Of a stretch of 64,000 nt of DNA, positions 9,580 through 24,764 are shown one piece after another. Origin of the DNA: Macrostomum lignano (lineage: Eukaryota); contig NIVC01003982.1 of NCBI GenBank assembly GCA_002269645.1, positions 1 through 64,000 on the forward strand. Direction: 5' to 3'. The translations under genes and the position numbers were made by a program. Within the stretch, counting starts at the first letter, position 1, and every line of letters starts with the position of its first letter. Below the pieces are notes generated by a model. That model saw only the letters and a program-made list of their open reading frames with translations, ran no database searches and was not told the origin of the DNA.

Positions 9580-10558
9580 ATGGAGTACGATGGTATCCAG
9601 CATCGATCAGATGAAGCAGTGCGTTACAACGTCAGGCCGTGTTATCAAAAATGTCCAGCAGATCCGTTCCGCCGATCCAGCTCCAGCAGCAGCAGCGACC
9701 GAGGCTTTGAATCGTCCAACGAATCGGACAATGACAATTGCAGCAACACATTGTCATCGACTGCGAAGTTCACGGAGGAGAAGCATACCAATGAGAAGCA
9801 TTGGAAGCAATTGGCTTTGAGTATAGTAGCTCTGAATGAGACCGGCAAACTCTACAGCAGTCTCTTTGTTGCTCAACTAATTAACCATCTGACCTTCAAT
9901 CGTCAGCAGCTGAACGATCTCGGTTGCAGAACCAAACAACTTGTTGAGTCTTTCGAAAAAATCCAACTTGAAGAAGGCAAACACGATTCAACCAATAGAT
10001 GCTTAACAATAGCTCTGCTTAATCGCGCTGATTGCTTTGAGAAGCAGCAAAATCAGGTATTATCAAGCAATGGTGCCAATAAAACAACAAATCAATGGCG
10101 CCCATGCCCCCGGCTCAGACACTATCGCCAACAGCAGCAGCAACAGCAGCAGCAGGTGTGCATCCTGCAGTTCTCCGACAGGCCGTTCAACGCCGACCAG
10201 CAAGGCCCGGTCTGTGGCGTGCCGCAGAGTCGGGCCGACATGCACAGCGAAGCCAACCGGCTGGCGACTTTCGAGGACGCCGGCGAAGCGACCTGCTGGA
10301 CTACGACGGACATCGGCGAGGATGTCAGTCGCGCCCTGGCTCGGGCCGGTTGGTTTCGCAGCAACCGAGAGGGCGGCCTCCGATGCGCCTTCTGCTACGG
10401 CAATGTTGATGCAGCAGCAGCCAGGCGCAGTTTGGCAAGTTATGCTGGCGGCGACCGCACATTCTGGCCGATGCAGCTGCACCAGTACCGGTTTGGCACC
10501 TGCCCGATGGTGCTGCAGCTGGCTGTTGGCAACCGGCCGCTGCCTGAGGAGGATCGAG
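9580..10558 (+). CDS. Inhibitor of apoptosis (IAP/BIRC family), exon 1, containing an atypical BIR domain
   Basis: ATG at 9580. RLATF...LARAGWF...CAFC-x28-H-x6-C. Donor GAG|GTGAG at 10559 (phase 1). Confidence 0.85.
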
Positions 10559-10853
10559 GTGAGGGCCATTGCCGGAAAAGGAGGCAGAAAAATGGGGGGA
10601 ACGAGGGGAAAACGAGGGGATGAAGAGGAGAAAAGGAGGGGGAAGAGAGGGGAAATGAGGGGAAGAGAGGGGAAAGGAGGGAAGAGAGGGGCAAAGACTG
10701 GAAGAGAAGTGGAAGATTAGGATCTACAAGAGTGTGAACGGAATGTAAAGGGAAGGTACAGAAAAAAGTATTTCAATTGAAATGCAGTGAAAATGTAAAC
10801 TATAATTAGTTAGCTACATACATGTAGCTGTTGGCCCATTGTCCCAATTGCAG

Positions 10854-12052
10854 AAGCCAGTGAGCCCAAGCCACTCAGAGCTCCCGTCGCCTGCAGTGAA
10901 GACAACGATCCCAGCAGCAGCTCAGGCAGCTGGACTACAGAGAACGCAGCTTCATCCACCGTAGCGCCATCATCCGAGTCAGAAGCCAGACACCAACTCC
11001 GTCGTCGTCCGGGCCTTCCCACCGCTACCCTGGCCGCTGCCCGGTCCGCCTGCGATCCCAGAGCCGACAGCAACCTCTCCCTGCTAGAGCGAAGCCTGCT
11101 GATTCAGAAAAACTCCTGCGATGTTGCTGTGGAGACCTACCATCCGCTCTGCTATCCGGAGATGAGCGACCCCGCTGAGCGAGAAGCCACTCTGACTGCC
11201 ACTGCCGGTCAGCTGACCTTGAACTCCTCCTCATCAGCCGTAGTTCCGCTTCCAGCCAGCCTCCTGGCTCAGGCGGGCTTCTTTCAATTGTCTGGCACAG
11301 ACTGCCTGGCCTGCTACTGGTGCGGCGTCAATCTGAGACACTGGCTTCCCGACGATGAGCCCTGGATCGAGCACGCCAGATGGTCGCCTCGCTGTTGTCA
11401 CCTCCTGCTAGAACGGGGCGCCGACTTCGTTCTGTCTTCCAGACGCCTGCATCCGCCGTACGTAACGCCGCTTGACGAAGTCTCAGTCAGCTCAATGACT
11501 TCTGTTTCTTCGTCTTCCACAAGTTCGAAAACAACTCCGGTTGGTTCGGCTGCAAAGTCAGCCAAGGCCGATCCGCCATCCGTCTGCATCGACTATCGTA
11601 TTGAACTCCGTCAGCTGCGCTCTCGGGACGACACCTTCATAGTGCTGCTGGCTCGCCAACTCCTCGACGGCGGATATTGTCGGGACGTCAGGACGGCAGT
11701 GGCGGAGAAGTTGAGAAACACCGGAGCAGACTTCACCTCCGGCCAGCTGCTGCTGAGCGCTGTCATGGACGTTCGTCAGCGTCGAGAGCGGCTCGGACTG
11801 GACAGCGCCCAGTATCACGACCTGCGCATGTCCGAGCTGGACGACATCACCCTGGCCGATGCTGAACATCTCAACAGCGACGCCGAGATAGATTGGCGAG
11901 CCTGCAAAGTGTGCATGGACCGCCGGATCAATGTCACCCTGATGGACTGCGGCCACTTCTGCTGCTGTTCGAACTGTTCGAGATCGCTGAGCGACTGTCC
12001 CGTGTGCAGAGCGCCGATCCGAGCTACCCTGCTCATCCGGCCAGACAGTTAG
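10854..12052 (+). CDS. IAP exon 2: canonical BIR, UBA-like region, C-terminal RING
   Basis: Acceptor TTGCAG|AA at 10853, phase 1, open into ORF 11129-12052. LAQAGFF..CYWC-x16-H-x6-C (HWLPDDEPWIEHARWSPRC). UBA-like AEKLRNTGADFTSGQLLLSAV. RING CKVCMD...CGHFCCCSNC...CPVCR. Joined CDS is 2178 nt (725 aa). Confidence 0.92.
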
Positions 12053-12257
12053 AGTTCGGCTGAGCTGTTGTTAGCAAAAAACTCAAGTGTGTGTTCGCTA
12101 CTAGTACTACTTGTAATATTTAGACGTTAAGTACAATAGTAAGTGACTTACAAGCGCATTCGCATTTAAAAAAAATAAAATTATACTGCTTGGAGCCAAA
12201 ACATCCAAAGAATTTTCAGTATTTGTTTGTAACTCTTGACCAGATAATTGCCTAATT

Positions 12258-13029
<772 letters not shown>

Positions 13030-13819
13030 TATTTTTCTATTCTTTAGCAGCCCTTTTGTGCCGTTTTAAGTTCCCAGAAATGTAATAATTCTATCTCATA
13101 AGGAAAGAAGTGCTCAGCACTCGCGACAATGGGGCATCAGCAGGCAGGCATGGCTGCACTACAACGTAGTCAGATCACTTTGAAGGCACTCTGAAAATTC
13201 TAATTGGCCGTGTAGCAGCGAAAAAGACTTCAGCTTCAGACAGACAAAGGACTGCTCGAGGTGCAAAGGGGAGTTCTTTTATGAATTTTTGAAAGCAACT
13301 TTTGAATTTAATGACAGATTTCGATCCGAAACTCCAAGGCTCATTACCCAACTCATTCTACCTTAAGTCAGTTACTGCACCGTATGCCCTCGTTAATTAA
13401 GATAATTAGAAAAAATATTATATGAACCGGAAAACTCTAAGTTGGGTGTTTACAAATTTCAGAATTTTGTCAAAACTTTCTAGAAGTGCAAACTTTTTTA
13501 TTAGAAAAATTCTTTAAGCAAGACACTTGATATGAACAAGACAAGACACTTGCTTCACTTCACCCAGCTGTAAAATGGGTGCCAGCATTAGCGACCCCAC
13601 CCCCAGTCCTTGGACTGAACAGCCGTACGCAGCCTTCAGATGCGCCGCGCAACAGCTGCGGCTGAGCTGTCGGTTGCACATCTGCGCATTAGGTCAGGTG
13701 TAATGAGAATGTGTATGTCTTTTTCAGTATTTCCGTGTTTGCTGGGTGTCAGGAGAGAGTTAATGAAAGTGCTAGGAGAGGGTCAATGAAAGAAAGAGTC
13801 AGAAGAGGGACAATGATAG

Positions 13820-14310
13820 TGTCAGGAGAGGGTCAATGAGGCTGTCAGGAGAGGGTTACTGAAGCTGTCAGGAAAGGGTTACTGAAGCTGTCAGGAGAGG
13901 GTTACTGAAGCTGTCAGGAGAGGGTTACTGAGGCTGTCAGGAGAGGGTTACTGAGGCTGTCAGGAGAGGGTTACTGAGGCTGTCAGGAGAGGGTTACTGA
14001 GGCTGTCAGGAGAGGGTTACTGAGGCTGTCAGGAGAGGGTTACTGAGGCTGTCAGGAGAGGGTTACTGAGGCTGTCAGGAGAGGGTTACTGAGGCTGTCA
14101 GGAGAGGGTTACTGAGGCTGTCAGGAGAGGGTTACTGAGGCTGTCAGGGAAGGGTTACTGAAGCTGTCAATAGAGATTTAATGAGGCTGTCAATAGAGGG
14201 TTAATGAGCCTGTCAAGAGAGGGTTAATGAGTCTGTCAGGAGAGGGTTAATGAGGCTGTCAAGAGAGGGTTACTGAGGCTGTCAGGAGAGGGTTGTCAAT
14301 GAGGCTGTCA
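13820..14310. repeat. 23 bp minisatellite (AGGGTTACTGAGGCTGTCAGGAG)n; second copy at about 19008-19500
   Basis: Visible tandem units. Confidence 0.95.
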
Positions 14311-14931
14311 ATATGTCAAGATGTACCGAATGAAAGGTGTCAGTGCACGTGTTAGCATAAAAGTTGGCAGTGCATGCTGCACGTTCAATGGGACAATTTC
14401 CGTTGCAATAATCAATAATTAGCATCTTTCTGCTAATTTCAAACAGAGGAAATCGGGACCCGTTCTTGATCTGTTTGGCTCATCCCTCTGTAGGGAATTC
14501 ATCCCAATCTATTCCAATTTTCTTTCACAAACCCGTGCGTTGCATTTTAAATTAAATTTCAGAATTTCAGATTTTCATAAAAGCTCAGGAAATTAAAAGC
14601 AAGTTACGCTCGTACACGCAGACTTCACTGACTTAATCAAAAAATAATTGTTGAACTCATTGAAGAAAGTCGGAGAAAGGTTTTCCGCTTTGCATTATTG
14701 CAAATTGGGGTATGATGTAATTAACGGCTACTGAGAGAATTGTCATAAATTTTGTCTACAAATGTTTGATTGACCTTAACATTTCGGCTGTTTAGTAGTC
14801 TGTGTGTGGAGCTAAGCTCAACAAAAAGTTATAAAAAATAGTTGCATTTGGTGGCGCTAAAATTATGCTGATCCCGATAAAATTAAAAAGAATCCGGAGA
14901 ATGTCGTCAAAAGAGTTCAGAAAGTAGCACC

Positions 14932-15470
14932 AGAACTCTGGAAATAGCGCCAAAACTCTGGAAATAGCGCCAAAACTCTGGAAATAGCGCCAAAACTCTG
15001 GAAATAGCGCCAAAACTCTGGAAATAGTGCCAAAAACAATCGGGATAACTGCTCCAAAAACTCATGGAATGGCGCTCAAAAGAATTCTGAAAATGGCGTC
15101 AGAACTAATGGAGAGAATAACGCCAAAAAAAACAATTTAGGGAATAGCACTAAAACTAATCCAGGAGAATGGCGCCAAACTAATCGAGAGAATGGCGCCA
15201 AAAAATCTGGAAAATGGCGCTAGAATTAATCAAGAGAGTGGCGCCAAAGAAACAATCGAGAGAATGGCACCAAAACCAATTGAAAGAATGGCGCGAAAAA
15301 CAATCAAGAGAATGGCGTCAAAAAAACGAATCGACAGAAAGGCGCCAAAAAATCCGGAAAATAGCGTCAAAAAGAGTTTAGAAAATGGCGCGAGTTCAAA
15401 ATCAGGCGCAAAAATTTCAAGACAATAACGCCAAAAAAATTTCAGAGAATGGCGCCAAAAAATTCCAGAG
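14932..15470. repeat. 20 bp tandem repeat grading into a degenerate GGCGCCAAAA-rich array; second copy at about 20120-20635
   Basis: (GCGCCAAAACTCTGGAAATA)x5, followed by scattered AATGGCGCCAAAA units. Confidence 0.85.
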
Positions 15471-16046
15471 AGTTGGCATAACGGCCAGCCCGCAGGTATA
15501 AGCAGGTGTGATTGACAGGTCACAGTTTCAGCACCGCAGCAAGTGGAGGATAATCCCAGCCCAAGAGCCAGCCGCATCTCACTGATAAAGGGTTGCCCGT
15601 CAGGAACTGCATTCAAGGCAGGCAGACGCCCCAGACCCGAACTCTTGGACCCAGCAGCAATAAGTACACGCGGCAAGGGTACAGGACTGTAACTATATCT
15701 ATTAATCTTTCTAAATCCCATGGGAAACTGGCAGAGCTGGCATTTCCAGATTATTTGTGAGTTCCTGACTCAGCTCTGCTATGCGGACTTCCATAGTGTG
15801 GTCAAAACTTCTTATTTCGGGAGATGAAGGGCTGGAGCGGTGTGTCTTCTTGCAAGCTGCAATTCTCTTTGCAAGCTCAATACGAATTCTTCATCAAAAA
15901 TTTCATGCGATTTCTGCAGTCTGCGATTGGCTGCCAGAGCCTGGCTTGCGGGAGAGGAAAAGAAACGGAGCGAATGCAGCTCTGCTCTGCTTGAGTACTT
16001 ATGCGACTGAAGGTAGGGCTTTCTTCATTCAGAGAGGCGGCAGTAG

Positions 16047-16047
<1 letters not shown>

Positions 16048-16101
<54 letters not shown>

Positions 16102-16690
16102 TCTACAGACTCTCAAACGAACCGGAGTGACAGACTCTCAAACAAATCGGAGTGACAGACTCTCAAACAAATCGGAGTGACAGACTCTCAAACAAATCGG
16201 AGTGACAGACTCTCAAACAAATCGGAGTGACAGACTCTCAAACAAATCGGAGTGACAGACTCTCAAACAAATCGGAGTGACAGACTCTCAAACAAATCGG
16301 AGTGACAGACTCTCAAACAAATCGGAGTGACAGACTCTCAAACAAATCGGAGTGACAGACTCTCAAACAAATCGGAGTGACAGACTCTCAAACAAATCGG
16401 AGTGACAGACTCTCAAACAAATCGGAGTGACAGATTCTCAAACAAATCGGAGTGACAGAATCTTAAACGAACCGGAGTGACAGACTCTCAAACAAATCGG
16501 AGTGACAGACTCTCAAACAAATCGGAGTGACAGACTCTCAAACAAATCGGAGTGACAGACTCTCAAACAAATCGGAGTGACAGACTCTCAAACAAATCGG
16601 AGTGACAGACTCTCAAACAAATCGGAGTGACAGACTCTCAAACGAATCGGAGTGTCAGACTCTTAAAAGAGATCGGAGTGACAGACACCC
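16048..16690. repeat. (GACA)n followed by a 25 bp minisatellite directly upstream of the GPCR ATG; second copy at about 21213-21855
   Basis: (AACAAATCGGAGTGACAGACTCTCA)n ends about 10 bp before the ATG at 16700. Confidence 0.95.
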
Positions 16691-16699
16691 AATCAAATC

Positions 16700-17082
16700 A
16701 TGGAAAACTGCACGCAGGCAGAAGGCGGCGACAGCCTTCAGCACAGGCTGTTCTTCCAGTGGGCACAGTTCGCCACCGCCCTGATCGCCTACCCGCTGAT
16801 CTGCAGCTTCGGCATCGTCGCCAACATCCTCAGCATCGCGGTGATCGCCAGCTGCAAGGTGAACTCACCCACCAACGTGTTCCTAATCAGCCTGGCTGTC
16901 AGCGACACAGTGAAACTGTCCAACGACTTTCTGTACTTTGTCAGCATCCTGCAGCAGAGACTGGCCGGTCAGGGAGGTGAATCTTCGCTGCTGTTCCTGA
17001 GGCTGTACCCCTACAGCCACTTCCTCATGCAGGCCTCCAACTGCGTGACCGCCTGGCTCACCATGGCCATCACCCTGGAGCG
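16700..17082 (+). CDS. Duplicated GPCR exon 1 (TM1-TM3), distal copy
   Basis: Same translation as 21865-22247: GIVANILSI, TNVFLISLAVSD, LER|gtgagt (phase 2). Confidence 0.8.
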
Positions 17083-17086
17083 GTGA

Positions 17087-17429
17087 GTGAGCAGACTCTC
17101 CGCGTTACTTTTGCGTCACGATGAAACCGAAAATGCCTATTAGCGACCAGAAATCTGCAGTGAGAAACACGAGAGCTCTTACATTACCAGAGTGAAATGA
17201 ACTGCAGAGCCGGACTTGATTGCTTTGTTTGCGTAAAGGAAATTTCATTTTCTACGGAAATTCAACAGACCAGCCCTGGATTTGCCTTTGCTGCTCTCTT
17301 CCGTTCTCTTCCTGCTTCTAGGGGACTGGGACACGGACTGCTAGATGAGATTTCCTTCCCCTGGGAGATGCAGACAAGGAAGTGTTTCGTAAGGAATTTT
17401 CGCGAATCATCTATCTCAAGTTGCTTCCG

Positions 17430-17430
<1 letters not shown>
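17087..17430 (+). mobile_element. Unclassified dispersed repeat ending in a (TATC)n tail, copy 1
   Basis: Homologous to 22252-22595 (duplicate) and, inverted and diverged, to 32093-32340; each copy abuts a TATC/GATA array. Confidence 0.65.
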
Positions 17431-18216
<786 letters not shown>

Positions 18217-21211
18217 TATTTTTCTATTCTTTAGCAGCCCTTTTGTGCCGTTTTAAGTTCCCAGAAATGTAATAATTCTATCTCATAAGGAAAGAAGTGC
18301 TCAGCACTCGCGACAATGGGGCATCAGCAGGCAGGCATGGCTGCACTACAACGTAGTCAGATCACTTTGAAGGCACTCTGAAAATTCTAATTGGCCGTGT
18401 AGCAGCGAAAAAGACTTCAGCTTCAGACAGACAAAGGACTGCTCGAGGTGCAAAGGGGAGTTCTTTTATGAATTTTTGAAAGCAACTTTTGAATTTAATG
18501 ACAGATTTCGATCCGAAACTCCAAGGCTCATTACCCAACTCATTCTACCTTAAGTCAGTTACTGCACCGTATGCCCTCGTTAATTAAGATAATTAGAAAA
18601 AATATTATATGAACCGGAAAACTCTAAGTTGGGTGTTTACAAATTTCAGAATTTTGTCAAAACTTTCTAGAAGTGCAAACTTTTTTATTAGAAAAATTCT
18701 TTAAGCAAGACACTTGATATGAACAAGACAAGACACTTGCTTCACTTCACCCAGCTGTAAAATGGGTGCCAGCATTAGCGACCCCCACCCCCAGTCCTTG
18801 GACTGAACAGCCGTACGCAGCCTTCAGATGCGCCGCGCAACAGCTGCGGCTGAGCTGTCGGTTGCACATCTGCGCATTAGGTCAGGTGTAATGAGAATGT
18901 GTATGTCTTTTTCAGTATTTCCGTGTTTGCTGGGTGTCAGGAGAGAGTTAATGAAAGTGCTAGGAGAGGGTCAATGAAAGAAAGAGTCAGAAGAGGGACA
19001 ATGATAGTGTCAGGAGAGGGTCAATGAGGCTGTCAGGAGAGGGTTACTGAAGCTGTCAGGAAAGGGTTACTGAAGCTGTCAGGAGAGGGTTACTGAAGCT
19101 GTCAGGAGAGGGTTACTGAGGCTGTCAGGAGAGGGTTACTGAGGCTGTCAGGAGAGGGTTACTGAGGCTGTCAGGAGAGGGTTACTGAGGCTGTCAGGAG
19201 AGGGTTACTGAGGCTGTCAGGAGAGGGTTACTGAGGCTGTCAGGAGAGGGTTACTGAGGCTGTCAGGAGAGGGTTACTGAGGCTGTCAGGAGAGGGTTAC
19301 TGAGGCTGTCAGGAGAGGGTTACTGAGGCTGTCAGGGAAGGGTTACTGAAGCTGTCAATAGAGATTTAATGAGGCTGTCAATAGAGGGTTAATGAGCCTG
19401 TCAAGAGAGGGTTAATGAGTCTGTCAGGAGAGGGTTAATGAGGCTGTCAAGAGAGGGTTACTGAGGCTGTCAGGAGAGGGTTGTCAATGAGGCTGTCAAT
19501 ATGTCAAGATGTACCGAATGAAAGGTGTCAGTGCACGTGTTAGCATAAAAGTTGGCAGTGCATGCTGCACGTTCAATGGGACAATTTCCGTTGCAATAAT
19601 CAATAATTAGCATCTTTCTGCTAATTTCAAACAGAGGAAATCGGGACCCGTTCTTGATCTGTTTGGCTCATCCCTCTGTAGGGAATTCATCCCAATCTAT
19701 TCCAATTTTCTTTCACAAACCCGTGCGTTGCATTTTAAATTAAATTTCAGAATTTCAGATTTTCATAAAAGCTCAGGAAATTAAAAGCAAGTTACGCTCG
19801 TACACGCAGACTTCACTGACTTAATCAAAAAATAATTGTTGAACTCATTGAAGAAAGTCGGAGAAAGGTTTTCCGCTTTGCATTATTGCAAATTGGGGTA
19901 TGATGTAATTAACGGCTACTGAGAGAATTGTCATAAATTTTGTCTACAAATGTTTGATTGACCTTAACATTTCGGCTGTTTAGTAGTCTGTGTGTGGAGC
20001 TAAGCTCAACAAAAAGTTATAAAAAATAGTTGCATTTGGTGGCGCTAAAATTATGCTGATCCCGATAAAATTAAAAAGAATCCGGAGAATGTCGTCAAAA
20101 GAGTTCAGAAAGTAGCACCAGAACTCTGGAAATAGCGCCAAAACTCTGGAAATAGCGCCAAAACTCTGGAAATAGCGCCAAAACTCTGGAAATAGCGCCA
20201 AAACTCTGGAAATAGTGCCAAAAACAATCGGGATAACTGCTCCAAAAACTCATGGAATGGCGCTCAAAAGAATTCTGAAAATGGCGTCAGAACTAATGGA
20301 GAGAATAACGCCAAAAAAAACAATTTAGGGAATAGCACTAAAACTAATCCAGGAGAATGGCGCCAAAAAATCTGGAAAATGGCGCTAGAATTAATCAAGA
20401 GAGTGGCGCCAAAGAAACAATCGAGAGAATGGCACCAAAACCAATTGAAAGAATGGCGCGAAAAACAATCAAGAGAATGGCGTCAAAAAAACGAATCGAC
20501 AGAAAGGCGCCAAAAAATCCGGAAAATAGCGTCAAAAAGAGTTTAGAAAATGGCGCGAGTTCAAAATCAGGCGCAAAAATTTCAAGACAATAACGCCAAA
20601 AAAATTTCAGAGAATGGCGCCAAAAAATTCCAGAGAGTTGGCATAACGGCCAGCCCGCAGGTATAAGCAGGTGTGATTGACAGGTCACAGTTTCAGCACC
20701 GCAGCAAGTGGAGGATAATCCCAGCCCAAGAGCCAGCCGCATCTCACTGATAAAGGGTTGCCCGTCAGGAACTGCATTCAAGGCAGGCAGACGCCCCAGA
20801 CCCGAACTCTTGGACCCAGCAGCAATAAGTACACGCGGCAAGGGTACAGGACTGTAACTATATCTATTAATCTTTCTAAATCCCATGGGAAACTGGCAGA
20901 GCTGGCATTTCCAGATTATTTGTGAGTTCCTGACTCAGCTCTGCTATGCGGACTTCCATAGTGTGGTCAAAACTTCTTATTTCGGGAGATGAAGGGCTGG
21001 AGCGGTGTGTCTTCTTGCAAGCTGCAATTCTCTTTGCAAGCTCAATACGAATTCTTCATCAAAAATTTCATGCGATTTCTGCAGTCTGCGATTGGCTGCC
21101 AGAGCCTGGCTTGCGGGAGAGGAAAAGAAACGGAGCGAATGCAGCTCTGCTCTGCTTGAGTACTTATGCGACTGAAGGTAGGGCTTTCTTCATTCAGAGA
21201 GGCGGCAGTAG

Positions 21212-21266
<55 letters not shown>

Positions 21267-22594
21267 TCTACAGACTCTCAAACGAACCGGAGTGACAGAC
21301 TCTCAAACAAATCGGAGTGACAGACTCTCAAACAAATCGGAGTGACAGACTCTCAAACAAATCGGAGTGACAGACTCTCAAACAAATCGGAGTGACAGAC
21401 TCTCAAACAAATCGGAGTGACAGACTCTCAAACAAATCGGAGTGACAGACTCTCAAACAAATCGGAGTGACAGACTCTCAAACAAATCGGAGTGACAGAC
21501 TCTCAAACAAATCGGAGTGACAGACTCTCAAACAAATCGGAGTGACAGACTCTCAAACAAATCGGAGTGACAGACTCTCAAACAAATCGGAGTGACAGAT
21601 TCTCAAACAAATCGGAGTGACAGAATCTTAAACGAACCGGAGTGACAGACTCTCAAACAAATCGGAGTGACAGACTCTCAAACAAATCGGAGTGACAGAC
21701 TCTCAAACAAATCGGAGTGACAGACTCTCAAACAAATCGGAGTGACAGACTCTCAAACAAATCGGAGTGACAGACTCTCAAACAAATCGGAGTGACAGAC
21801 TCTCAAACGAATCGGAGTGTCAGACTCTTAAAAGAGATCGGAGTGACAGACACCCAATCAAATCATGGAAAACTGCACGCAGGCAGAAGGCGGCGACAGC
21901 CTTCAGCACAGGCTGTTCTTCCAGTGGGCACAGTTCGCCACCGCCCTGATCGCCTACCCGCTGATCTGCAGCTTCGGCATCGTCGCCAACATCCTCAGCA
22001 TCGCGGTGATCGCCAGCTGCAAGGTGAACTCACCCACCAACGTGTTCCTAATCAGCCTGGCTGTCAGCGACACAGTGAAACTGTCCAACGACTTTCTGTA
22101 CTTTGTCAGCATCCTGCAGCAGAGACTGGCCGGTCAGGGAGGTGAATCTTCGCTGCTGTTCCTGAGGCTGTACCCCTACAGCCACTTCCTCATGCAGGCC
22201 TCCAACTGCGTGACCGCCTGGCTCACCATGGCCATCACCCTGGAGCGGTGAGTGAGCAGACTCTCCGCGTTACTTTTGCGTCACGATGAAACCGAAAATG
22301 CCTATTAGCGACCAGAAATCTGCAGTGAGAAACACGAGAGCTCTTACATTACCAGAGTGAAATGAACTGCAGAGCCGGACTTGATTGCTTTGTTTGCGTA
22401 AAGGAAATTTCATTTTCTACGGAAATTCAACAGACCAGCCCTGGATTTGCCTTTGCTGCTCTCTTCCGTTCTCTTCCTGCTTCTAGGGGACTGGGACACG
22501 GACTGCTAGATGAGATTTCCTTCCCCTGGGAGATGCAGACAAGGAAGTGTTTCGTAAGGAATTTTCGCGAATCATCTATCTCAAGTTGCTTCCG

Positions 22595-22595
<1 letters not shown>
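18217..22595. repeat. Tandem segmental duplication, copy B
   Basis: Near-identical to 13030-17430. Confidence 0.97.
21865..22247 (+). CDS. Class A GPCR, FMRFamide/myosuppressin-receptor-like, exon 1 (proximal copy)
   Basis: MENCT (N-glycosylation sequon), TM1 GIVAN, TM2 LAVSD, TM3 ...AITLER; phase-2 donor GTGAGT at 22248. Confidence 0.88.
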
Positions 22596-23759
<1,164 letters not shown>

Positions 23760-24764
23760 ATGGAACCAACTGCCCAGCAGCACTTTAATTCGATTCGAAA
23801 ATCCATAAGCTTTAACCTAACCTCACGAACGGGGGCACCTGAGCGGCAGTGAGCAGTGATAAACATGTTTCAGCAGTACTCAGAGTTGCCTCGCTCACCT
23901 CAGGCTAAAATACCTTGTGCTCTCATTCGAGGGCTCTTCTTGTTTTCGCCTGACCGAAAAAGGTGACTCCCCGCTCCCAGAGGCTGAAGTGAAGCTGTCG
24001 CCACTTGAAAACTTCCCCCAGCAACTAGATAATGAGCTCGCAAGGTTCGGCATGGGGGCAGCCGCTCTGCTTCCCGCCCAACTTTCATCCCTGGTCGCTG
24101 AGCATTTTTTCCCCTCAGGCTCCCAGGGAAAGTGCGCAGATCTTGTGCAGCAGCAGCGGGATAAACAACATCATCATTTTAACGGTTTTTTGGCCCCAGC
24201 CAGACCAACTTGGGCACAGCAGCCTGGCAGGCGCCATCAATCAATCAAATGTCATTCATGCTCAGCACCAGACGCTTCTCTACCTCTTTTTTTAACATCT
24301 TCAATCTCTCCTCTCTCTTTTTATACTTGGCAAATTGAAACATTTTGACTGATTTCAGCGTCTTTAGTTTAGCGGGCAGCTGATTTTAGTCATGCTTAGT
24401 GGCCGCAAGGTGGATGGAATATCGTTGGATTCGGACCGATACGAGTTCAACTGAGAGTTTTTAGGTGGCACGACGTTGAGAGTTCTGATTTGGAAAAACA
24501 TCCAAATATACTAAATCTCTAAGGTTTGTATGTCCATAACGCTCCAGAGATTGCAATTATTGACCTATTTTCATCGCGTTTTCGCCAAATCTAAATATAC
24601 TAAATTTCATTCCCTTAGTCATGAATTGTTCACGGACTGGAGCTGTAGTATGGAAATAGTGTTTGAATTATTTCCTAATTTTTCCTAAGTTATACAAAAA
24701 ATATGGTTTAGTTCAGATTTTTTAGTTTAGTTTGGTTAGTCTTCTTTGTTTTGCTTAATTTATC

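Noticed and set aside
15230-15721. 163 aa minus-strand ORF (duplicated at 20395-20886)
   Set aside because: Half is repeat-derived; no recognisable domain or supported splice sites.
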